DNA of 16,421 nucleotides from Octopus sinensis (Eukaryota). Numbering within the stretch: position 1 is the stretch's first letter; the number at the start of each line of letters is the position of its first letter. Positions 1 through 7,976 of the stretch are shown here, piece after piece. The position numbers and the translations under genes were made by a program. Below the pieces are notes generated by a model, which saw only the letters and a list, made by a program, of their open reading frames with translations, made no database searches and was not told the DNA's origin. The stretch spans positions 1 to 16,421 of the forward strand of contig NW_021825207.1 of NCBI RefSeq assembly GCF_006345805.1, written 5' to 3'.

Positions 1-34
<34 letters not shown>

Positions 35-52
35 TATATATATATATATATA
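1..52. repeat. (TA)n microsatellite
   Basis: Direct TA dinucleotide run with minor interruptions. Confidence 0.97.
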
Positions 53-54
53 CA

Positions 55-218
55 CGAGTGGGTTCTGAAAAGTTCTTCTCTTTAGGGTATCGCGAACGGC
101 CTGGTTGGAGGCCCAACTGCCTGAGTTTCTTTTTACAGGTCTTAGAAAAACTGAAGGATCAGTGCAATAAGTGTGTGAATATGAGAGGGGAATATGTTGA
201 ATAAAATCATAATTAACT
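55..218 (+). mobile_element. Mariner-derived non-autonomous element (one terminus fused to the transposase C-terminal remnant), truncated
   Basis: Starts after TA with a mariner-like terminus CGAGTGGGTTCTGAAAAGTTC. It encodes AWLEAQLPEFLFTGL, then after a frameshift LKDQCNKCVNMRGEYVE* (TAA at 202-204), matching the mariner transposase C-terminal pattern (W..Q..EF...G...L..RW.KCV...G.YVE*). No second terminus is visible. Confidence 0.8.
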
Positions 219-580
219 CAGTGTATATATGAATATACACTGTGAGAGAGATACACAAACACACATGTACTATTATTTATAGTATGAACCAATGAAGAAA
301 CCTTTATGTGATTACTTGAACTGCTAGAAAGAGCAACCAAATCTCATTTAATCTCATTAATATTATAATCGTTAAATCGAGGATGGACAGACTGGACAGT
401 GTAGTTTCGACACATTATGCCCAGAAAGAGAAAAGTCTTGTTAGTCGAAGCTAGAAAGCCTTCGATCGAAATGCCTATTGCGCCATCAAGCCTGACCAAA
501 GGGTTGAAGAATCAGTAACCGTCACCGCCGCCACCACAACATCAACAACTGCAATCAGTAGTTCCTTTCTCGACACTATG

Positions 581-611
<31 letters not shown>

Positions 612-748
612 CGGTAAATGCTTGATGTTCACTCAGACGGAACTGTTATTTAGAACAGTGAGAGATCGCTCGAGATAACATAAATCTTCTAATCTAGAAA
701 CTCTATTTTTTTATAACCAAATCTTAATCAACATTATTCTCACATTTC

Positions 749-919
749 TTAACTATGTATGTCTTGATTTATTTCTGCAGAAGCCGTCGTCGTTGTCGTC
801 GTCGGCGCCGCCACTGCTCCCCCGCCGCTTTCATCGTCGACACTGTCACTTTCGTAGTCGTCGACGTCGGCGGCAGGGGCAGCGCCGTTTAGTCTGCAGT
901 CGGCCATGATGGAGTTGAC
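749..919 (-). CDS. Candidate coding exon of an unknown acidic, low-complexity protein (VNSIMADCRLNGAAPAADVDDYESDSVDDESGGGAVAAPTTTTTTASAEINQDIHS*)
   Basis: Minus-strand acceptor ttttgatcacag|G (AG at 921-920). Only one of three frames stays open across the exon. Internal ATG at 907 sits in a good context (atcATGG); TAA at 751-749. It may instead splice out via a weak donor near 753. Confidence 0.45.
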   Translation of the reverse strand, partial: VNSIMADCRLNGAAPAADVDDYESDSVDDESGGGAVAAPTTTTTTASAEINQDIHS

Positions 920-1074
920 CTGTGATCAAAAGTGTTTTAGCCGTGCGTGACCATCCCATATTTTTTCAGGCACAGTTTATCGAGAATTACATTATCTAAT
1001 GTGTCGTTATTTTCCAAGGCAGCAGTTCGTCGTAACACGAAGATGTAGGGCTAATTACAACGAGGAAGACATAC

Positions 1075-1092
1075 GGGTTCTTTCGCCGACAT
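1075..1092 (-). CDS. Candidate 18-nt first coding exon (MSAKEP) of the minus-strand gene
   Basis: aaaaacATG TCG GCG AAA GAA CCC|GTATGT. The phase-0 donor at 1074 joins in frame with the acceptor at 919 across a 155-nt intron. Two further GTAAGT donors at 1167 and 1279 could serve 5' UTR exons. Confidence 0.4.
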
Positions 1093-1465
1093 GTTTTTCC
1101 AAAGTTAGTTACGTCGTCCTACTCGTGTTGTAACAGCAAGTATTTCCATGCCTTGTCTCACACTTACAGCACACACACGCGCATGCTCACGTAAAACCAC
1201 ACCTGCTCAGTGCGTGTGTTTTATTTGTTCGCCGGGAATCGTCCCAAAGTAGGCGAACCGGCGAAGAAACAAAACTTACGTTGCGAATGCGCTGTCGATA
1301 ATGTTTACAACGCAGCTTCTGATTCGCTATTGGCTTTACTCTCACGCATGCTTTATTGTGGCATTACCAACAAATGGTTTTTACACTATTTGTATGTAGT
1401 CATAGACTGGTGATTTTGTCCGGCGTCTGTTTAATTCAGGCACGTGGTGTTGATTAGACATAAAA
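1093..1465. promoter_or_regulatory. Candidate bidirectional promoter / 5' UTR region
   Basis: CpG-rich, non-repetitive DNA between divergent ATGs (1092 minus, 1466 plus). Contains ATTGG/CCAAT at 1329-1333, E-box CACGTG at 1441-1446, NRF1-like GCGAATGCGC at 1283-1292, and YY1-like AAAATGGCG at 1463-1471 overlapping the ATG. Confidence 0.45.
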
Positions 1466-1626
1466 ATGGCGAAATATCCATCACTCCCGCATCTGGATGG
1501 GATCTGGGACGAGTTATCTCGCTTGTCTATGACTATACGGTGTTTTAACACCCAGTGCAATGAAGGAGTCGTCCTTCAGGCGCTTTACGGCAGTGAACCG
1601 GCAAACAAACCAAACACATTCATTGA
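1466..1626 (+). CDS. Candidate exon 1 of an unknown plus-strand gene (MAKYPSLPHLDGIWDELSRLSMTIRCFNTQCNEGVVLQALYGSEPANKPNTFI-E)
   Basis: aaaaATGG start, complex protein-like sequence, and a donor GA|GTACGT at 1627 (phase 2) compatible with the only open frame of the 3823 exon. Confidence 0.55.
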
Positions 1627-1681
1627 GTACGTGCGGTCGATGTTGTGTACTAGACTAGCGCTGCTTTCAGTTCGTTACTGA

Positions 1682-1752
1682 ACATACATACATACATACA
1701 TACATACAAACATACATACATGCATTCATACCTACATACATACGTACATACA
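1682..1752. repeat. (TACA)n microsatellite
   Basis: Direct tetranucleotide run. Confidence 0.95.
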
Positions 1753-1766
1753 TTTATATATATGCA

Positions 1767-2200
1767 CAGGGGTTGGACTAAATAATGGAAATACCTAGCA
1801 TCATAGCATCATAATTTTGAAATATCTATAAAACCGTTAAAAAGCGTGTTTATTTTTATACTTTCTTTATTTGTTATTAGTGTTGTTTAATATCTTTAGC
1901 TAAAATTGCTGTTTCTTTTCAGATATCATCAGAAAAAGGTAATTAAAATTCATTAAAATGACAGATGTATCGGACATTCAAAGAGGTCAAATTGTTGGTG
2001 CTCGTAGGGCAAGGGCTAGCGTAACGAAAATAGCCAAAATGTTTGGTGCATCAAGAAGTACTGTCTCGAAAGTAATGACAGCCTTTGAGAAAGAGGGAAA
2101 ATCTCCTCGTCGAAATAAAACTCCGGAAGAAACCCAAAACTTTCAGATAGGTACCGTCGGACTCTTACGCGAATTGTTAGAAAGGATCATAAAAGTACCA
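1767..2200 (+). mobile_element. 5' portion of a Tc1-like DNA transposon with a transposase pseudogene (paired-like HTH N-terminus)
   Basis: Tc1-type terminus CAGGGGTTGGACTAAATAATGGAAATACC. From ATG 1958: MTDVSDIQRGQIVGARRARASVTKIAKMFGASRSTVSKVMTAFEKEGK. After a 1-nt loss in the A-run near 2100 and a TAA at 2116-2118 it reads NSGRNPKLSDRYRRTLTRIVRKDHKST, the Tc1 GRP(K)-linker/second HTH pattern. The catalytic domain and right terminus are absent. Confidence 0.9.
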
Positions 2201-2258
2201 GTCTCTTAAAAGATAGAGTACTGGAGTCGATTTGTTCGACGAGGCACTTCAAGGCAGT
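2189..2258 (+). mobile_element. SINE central/3' fragment fused to the Tc1 break point
   Basis: ATAAAAGTACCAGTC (2189-2203) is identical to the reverse complement of 10720-10734 in the SINE there. It is followed by AGTACTGGAGTCGATTTGTTCGAC, which resembles the same SINE family (recalled consensus). Confidence 0.6.
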
Positions 2259-2274
2259 TAGATGTGGCAGGGTA

Positions 2275-2370
2275 TTAGAATGAAGTCTTCAGTCAAGGGA
2301 AGTGCTTTGAAGCAGATTTGAACTCATGATTCGTCAGTTGGTAATTCAACATCTTATCCCTTCCTTACGT
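2275..2370 (-). mobile_element. Degraded tRNA-derived SINE head
   Basis: Minus strand carries a B-box-like GAGTTCAAATC after a decayed A-box region; otherwise heavily diverged. Confidence 0.35.
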
Positions 2371-2434
2371 CCGCTTTTATCAACAAACATGACAAGTGCC
2401 ATAATATTAGTCTGTCTGTGTGTGCGAATATACA

Positions 2435-2524
2435 TACACAATGACACACACACACGCGCGCACGCACACGCACACATATATATACACACAATGTATGACA
2501 TATATACATACATACACACGCACA

Positions 2525-2558
<34 letters not shown>

Positions 2559-2560
2559 TA

Positions 2561-2591
<31 letters not shown>

Positions 2592-2650
2592 ATATATATA
2601 TGTCTGTGTATGTGTGTGTGAGTGTGTGAATGTATGTGTTTATGTGTATA
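2435..2650. repeat. Compound (CA)/(TA)/(TG) microsatellite
   Basis: Direct; explains the IY/VC/TH-rich ORFs 2326-3057 and 2420-2629. Confidence 0.95.
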
Positions 2651-3010
2651 TGCCATACTATAAAAAAAGAATATCTCTAGATAGTGACATTATCATATTT
2701 ATCAGATATGAGATAAAGTTTCCGTTAAAAAGATATGATTTTTGTGATTTCTCGACATTCACCCCTCATTCTGTATTTCGAATGCACATATCTGTGAGTC
2801 CTTATAAGTCCTGGCACATCACCGAAAACTGGGGCTTTTGCTTCTCTCATGTCACAATACTGGCAAAAGCAACGGCTGTTAATTCTACTTCTGGTGTTTT
2901 TTCTTTAGTTTTTTGGGGGGGTTTTAAGCTTAAGAAGGGAAGAAACAAAGATAGATGTTATATTGTCAAGATTCAGTCTGGGAGATGCAATAAAAACGTA
3001 AGGTTTAATG

Positions 3011-3355
3011 CATTGGTTCCCAACCGACTTCCATATGATCCATTGGGGTCCGTATAAAATTTTTATGGATTTCATACAAGCGAAATAGTAAATTGAGTCC
3101 ACGGAAGTATTTTGCAGTCCGTGAAAAAAACTTTGATTTAGATGTATTCATTGCAAGAAACAGCAAGAGATGCTTCCCGGTGTTTTGCCACAGTTCAGCC
3201 TACGTAAGTGAGTAAGTGAATAACAAAATAGAAATCTTGAAAGAAGCGTCTATAAAACCAGTTTTTAAACATCGAATGCCTTCTGAGGGTCCACCAGAAT
3301 AAAATAGTAATCAAAGAGGTCTATAGACAAAAAAAAAAATGGTCGAGAACCACTG
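3011..3355 (+). mobile_element. Complete hAT (Charlie-like) MITE, 345 bp
   Basis: Left TIR CATTGGTTCCCAACC (3011-3025) and right TIR GGTCGAGAACCACTG (3341-3355; reverse complement CAGTGGTTCTCGACC) match at 12/15. Perfect 8-bp TSD GTTTAATG at 3003-3010 and 3356-3363. Confidence 0.92.
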
Positions 3356-3822
3356 GTTTAATGTGTGTAAATCTACAAATGAAGATGCTGTTGGTCGGAC
3401 GCTAAAGTCCAAGAAAGCCAGAGAGGATCCTTGGCGTCGGCCACTGATGACTTGAAAGTTAATGAAATACGTTAAGGAGTAGGGAGTGGCTGATCTGTCG
3501 TGTGGGGTTTCTCTTCATAGAAAATCGAACATATCAACTGATGTAAAATAACCATCGACTTTTGAAGCAATATTGACCAGAGGACAACCAAATAATAGCG
3601 AAATCGAACTGAAGTTCACCATCACGATTTACAAAGGGCTTTCGATGAGTGCAATTGATCTGTTAAAAATAACTGTCAAAAATCTCTTCGAGCTCACCTA
3701 GAAATCTTTTTTTTTTCCGAAAGTGGAAGGACATATTGACTGTCGTAGTGCTAATTATATATATATTTTAGAAAAGTGTTAATATAATCTTGAATGGAAT
3801 GTCCTTGATCATTTGCTTGCAG

Positions 3823-3900
3823 AATAAAACCTGATCAAGGGTTAAATGATAACAACGTTAAAAACAAGAGTCACTGGCCAATTCTTTTGCAATGCAACAG
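3823..3900 (+). CDS. Candidate exon 2 (78 nt; IKPDQGLNDNNVKNKSHWPILLQCN)
   Basis: Acceptor atttgcttgcag|, donor CAG|GTAGGT. Only the phase-2 frame is open, matching the phase-2 donor of exon 1. Confidence 0.55.
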
Positions 3901-4280
3901 GTAGGTGCAAGTCAACTGTCTCCCTCTTTAAATTGTTGCATCGCCATGAAAAAGATTATAGGGAACCACTCACAGCATCGTCGGTTTTCCCCTTAAGCTG
4001 AGAAAAGTTGAGCAAAGGTTTAAGGAATCTCTCTCCCACCCCAACAAAAAAAAAATCAAAAACAAACAGCAAAAAACAACAAACAAACAGAAAACCGTCT
4101 TAAGTTACGAGAATTATTCAAAGACAGACGGAAGTGCCGTACATCACGGAATGGAAATAAAGAACATACATACATACAGATATATATATGTATATATAAT
4201 GTATATTATTTATTTAATATCACTTGGGCCACAACCTCATAACGTGCATTTCAAAGCTCCTATATTGGTTATTGGCCACC

Positions 4281-4314
4281 ATATATATATATATATATAA
4301 TATATAATATATAC

Positions 4315-4349
<35 letters not shown>

Positions 4350-4385
4350 CATACATACATATATAGATATGTATATGTATATATC
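4281..4385. repeat. (TA)/(TG)/(TACA) compound microsatellite
   Basis: Direct. Confidence 0.93.
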
Positions 4386-4592
4386 CACACAGATATAAAT
4401 AAACCCGCGTGTGTTTATGTATTTTTATGTACACTACATGCATAAAACATTCGTTCTCTAAAAGTAGGAAGTTGATTAAGATAGGTGACAGGTGGTCAAA
4501 ACCCCTAAATTAGCAATAATTCCTTTCTTATTCACACTCTCACCTACAACCTATACCCACATGCACGCTTCTCACGCTTAGACGTTTGTATT

Positions 4593-4619
4593 CATACATA
4601 TATATATATATTTATATAT

Positions 4620-4663
<44 letters not shown>

Positions 4664-4680
4664 TATATATAATATATTAT
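4593..4680. repeat. (TA)n microsatellite flanking the palindrome
   Basis: Direct. Confidence 0.95.
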
Positions 4681-4972
4681 ATTATATAAAAGGGCTTAGT
4701 AAAATAAATACTTTGCCGCATACTGAACTCATTAGAAATAAGCAGCTAAAAAACTTTTTTAAAGCTATTTCTAATACTTAAAGAAAATCTCTCTCATATA
4801 TAGTGTTTTGCTTAATTCAACTCACAGTTGTGAGTTGAATTAAGCAACACTATATATGAGAGAGATTTTCTTTAAGTATTAGAAATAGCTTTAAAAAAGT
4901 TTTTTAGCTGCTATTTCTAATGAGTTCAGTATGCGGCAAAGTAATTTATTTTACTAAGCCCTTTTATATAAT
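4681..4972. repeat. Long near-perfect inverted repeat (146/144-nt arms, 2-nt spacer GT at 4827-4828)
   Basis: Manual alignment of 4681-4826 to the reverse complement of 4829-4972 shows no substitutions and three homopolymer-length indels. Confidence 0.97.
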
Positions 4973-5070
4973 GTAATAATTTGAATTCGCCTTGAATGGT
5001 CCCTTTGCATACTGAACACTTGGTGAAATTGATTAATAATTAATTAATTTTGCCCTCAATTGTTGAAATT

Positions 5071-5506
5071 ATATATATATATATATATTCGTCCGTACCT
5101 AATCATAGTTATGTATATAAAAGGACACATATTAATGGGAATATGTCTGTGAATGTATGTGTATGTATGTAGAAGTATATACAGAGAGATATAGAGCGTG
5201 ATAGGTTGATGTATATATGGGAATATATAAATATATATGTGTTGTGTGCGATATATATATATATATATATGTATATCTGTGTGTATATATACATAGATAC
5301 ACAGATATATATATATATATATATATATATCTGTGTGTATATATACATAGATAGACAAAGAGACAGATACGAATATATATCTGTGTACGTGTGTGTATGT
5401 ATGTAGAGACATATACAGAGAGATATAGAGCGTGATAAGTTTATATGTGTGTGCGTGCACGCGTGCGTGTACACGCGTGCATGTGTGTGTAAATATATAT
5501 ATATAC
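5071..5506. repeat. Compound TA/TG microsatellite with internal segmental duplications
   Basis: 27-mer ATATACAGAGAGATATAGAGCGTGATA at 5177-5203 and 5411-5437. ATATCTGTGTGTATATATACATAGATA is repeated near 5274 and 5327. Confidence 0.9.
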
Positions 5507-5550
5507 AAACAGATATATTTATTTACTTATATTTATATATTTACACACAC

Positions 5551-5574
5551 ATAGATAGATAGATAGATAGATAT

Positions 5575-5668
<94 letters not shown>

Positions 5669-5688
5669 GGATAGATAGATAGATAGAT
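5551..5688. repeat. (GATA)n microsatellite
   Basis: Direct. Confidence 0.98.
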
Positions 5689-5701
5689 GGTGATACACTA
5701 C

Positions 5702-6609
5702 AAGACATATATTAGATAAATTTAAAAATACCTTATCAAGACCTTCTAAAGATTTACCTAAGAATGCTTATTGCTAGTGATCTAAGTATCGTAAATTTCT
5801 GAAATGTTACTCTTAATCTAACCCAAGACAAATACACACCTTAAAGCAAAATTAATTAAAACTGCCTATATATGTATATACACTTCTACCATCCACGCAT
5901 ACTGGTTAATAAAATCCGCATGTCTCCCGTTTGTTATCGAATAAAGAAGTCTTCTATAAGGTGCTTCCCTCATTCAATATAACTTCAGAAGTCATTGATC
6001 TCAAAGTTAAGATCCCATATATTTCGGATTCCAGTGTTAAATGGACACGTTGCCTTCCTTTCCTTTTAAAGCTTAATCTAATGATATTGTTTAAAACTTC
6101 GAAAGTTGCAGTAAATAATCTTACAGAAATAACCTAAAACTGATTTACAGCCTGAGCTTCAAATATGAAAAACCTTACAACATTTGAACTGACGAAATTA
6201 ACTGAGGCTAAGTGCATCACCCAGAATCTAAAACGCATGTTACCTTCAATCAATCATGCAATGTTGAAGCGATTATATTTAAAGCAAAAGTCACCTCCTG
6301 CAAACTAAACTTTTGTATCATGCGCAAACATAACATATGTATGATCGATGTTAAATTTAAACAACGTTTCTTGAAGCATACTTCTTTCTTCAGATATACG
6401 TATAAAAGAAGAAGAAAAAAACTACAAAGTTATCCAGTTTTAGGTAAAAGATTCTCAAAAGATACATACGATATAGAAATGCAACAGATTGTTGCGTGTT
6501 GCATATGTGAGAAAACCTTCACACTCAAAACGTTTGTTAAATTTACAAACCTCCTAAGAATATATTTGTTAAATGTCGCCATTTCGAAAAGCACATTCTA
6601 AAGCACTAA
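5702..6609 (+). mobile_element. Decayed Penelope-like retroelement (PLE): RT C-terminus/thumb, linker and GIY-YIG endonuclease pseudogene
   Basis: From about 5761: RMLIASDLSIVNF*NVTLNLTQDKYTP*SKIN*NCLYMYIHFYHPRILVNKI...LSNKEVFYKVLP, matching the PLE pattern NFLDVTLNL..Y.PY.KPN...Y....SNHP...NKEVF. Then YRNNLKLIYS/SNMKNL. ORF 6212-6601 gives CNVEAIIFKAKVTS..KHNICMIDVKFKQRFLKHTSFFR..YDIE..C.CEK, a degenerate GIY-YIG. The terminal KCRHFEKHILKH* is at 6571-6609 in a shifted frame. Multiple stops and frameshifts. Confidence 0.82.
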
Positions 6610-7004
6610 ACCTCCAACCTCATTGAATTGACCACTACTTAACTTTTATAACTAGAGACTATATTCGCTTTATATTTATCTTGACTCTTAACCCTAAGGC
6701 TAATAAACATTCCTGATCTCGCTATACTTTATAGCGATACATTCTTTGACATTTTCGGTCTTCATTATTCTAAGCTCATTTGCATATAGCTGAATGTTCC
6801 AATACATAAATATTTACCAGAAACATTTACCCTGCCTCTCTACCCTTGTCCCTTAAGTTCCAACACACCGTAGCCACTCCTGATATCATTATAGACAATG
6901 GTAGATCCTTTGTTATATTACACTTTCAACTCTATTACATCCTATACTTATTTCGGTATATTTTTTTTATTCCTCTCGTTTTCTGCTCTTTTTAACCAAG
7001 TCAA

Positions 7005-7061
7005 TATGTAGATACATACATGTGTATACACACACACATGTACATGTGTGTGTATGTATAT

Positions 7062-7115
<54 letters not shown>

Positions 7116-7185
7116 CATATTCATGTATATGCATGTATATGAGTGTGTATGTGTGTAGGCATGCATGTATGTAAGCATATGTATA

Positions 7186-7248
<63 letters not shown>
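7005..7248. repeat. Compound (TG)/(TA) microsatellite
   Basis: Direct; explains ORFs 6948-7277, 7111-7296 and 7165-7347. Confidence 0.96.
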
Positions 7249-7251
<3 letters not shown>

Positions 7252-7323
7252 GTGTCCCGCTTTATAATTCTGACCAACCACGAAAGAATAGCTCACTGCT
7301 ACAATATATCAATTTATATTCAG

Positions 7324-7377
7324 TTACAAGCATTGCGATGTTTTTAACCCACAAACCAATAAAATTATATGTCTCAG
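7324..7377 (+). CDS. Candidate exon 3 (54 nt; S-YKHCDVFNPQTNKIICL)
   Basis: Acceptor aatttatattcag|, strong donor CAG|GTATGT at 7378. Open in the phase-2 frame continuing from exon 2, and also open in a second frame. Confidence 0.55.
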
Positions 7378-7628
7378 GTATGTTGGTAACTGGTTGAAGT
7401 TTGATGATTGTTTAGCTTTTGCTAAATGATGAAAACTTGAAACTAGGAGTTATTCCATCAAATAGATTGTATATTTCAATATATTATATTCTCTTCTCTT
7501 GAGCACTCTTAGTTTTGTCACTGAACACACAGACACACGTGTGCGAACATGACGGGAGTGACAATATGGGAAATAATGTATTGTTATACATCCAGGGAGA
7601 ATCAATGACTAAATAAGACACCTCGCCC

Positions 7629-7800
<172 letters not shown>

Positions 7801-7803
<3 letters not shown>

Positions 7804-7950
7804 GACGGGATTCTTTCAGTTTCCGTCTACCAAATCCACTCACAAGGCTTTGGTCGGCCGGAGGCTATAATAGAAGACACTTGCCAAGTTACCATGCTGT
7901 GTGACTGAACCCAAAACCACATGGTTGCAAAACGAACGTCTAGACTACAA
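7801..7950 (-). mobile_element. tRNA-derived SINE (CORE-like octopod family)
   Basis: Minus strand has B-box GGGTTCAGTC, a CORE-like TTGGCAAGTGTCTTCTA segment and the 3' part GCCGACCAAAGCCTTGTGAGTGGATTTGGTAGACGGAAACTGAAAGAA, ending at (TA)n. Matches a recalled abundant octopus SINE. Confidence 0.85.
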
Positions 7951-7976
7951 TTGTTATTGTTAGTTACCCTGGAATT

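Noticed and set aside
781-909. Plus-strand acceptor (atttctgcag at 780) leading to an Arg-rich, protamine-like frame (KPSSLSSSAPPLLPRRFHRRHCHFRSRRRRRQGQRRLVCSRP*)
   Set aside because: No upstream exon is visible, and the Arg-richness is what the antisense of the GAC/GCC-rich minus ORF produces. The minus strand has better start and splice support. Not fully excluded.
1466-1626. Faint resemblance of the exon 1 peptide to LACTB2 or DENN/longin N-termini
   Set aside because: Only scattered residue matches and downstream motifs do not follow; no gene symbol assigned.
2326-3057. 243-aa ORF, the longest in the track
   Set aside because: Runs through CA/TA/TG microsatellites and ends inside the hAT MITE; no protein-like continuity.
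3445-3470. CTGATGA...GAAA hammerhead-like boxes
   Set aside because: No properly placed stem II and no stem I or III.
5800-5802. In-frame TGA in the PLE as possible selenocysteine recoding
   Set aside because: It replaces the Leu of the FLD motif rather than a Cys, and lies among several other stops and frameshifts, so it is ordinary decay.
6365-6393. Minus-strand CTGAAGA...GAAAC with a GAAG/CTTC stem
   Set aside because: The stem is separated from the core by A/A mismatches and lies inside the endonuclease coding relic; likely chance.
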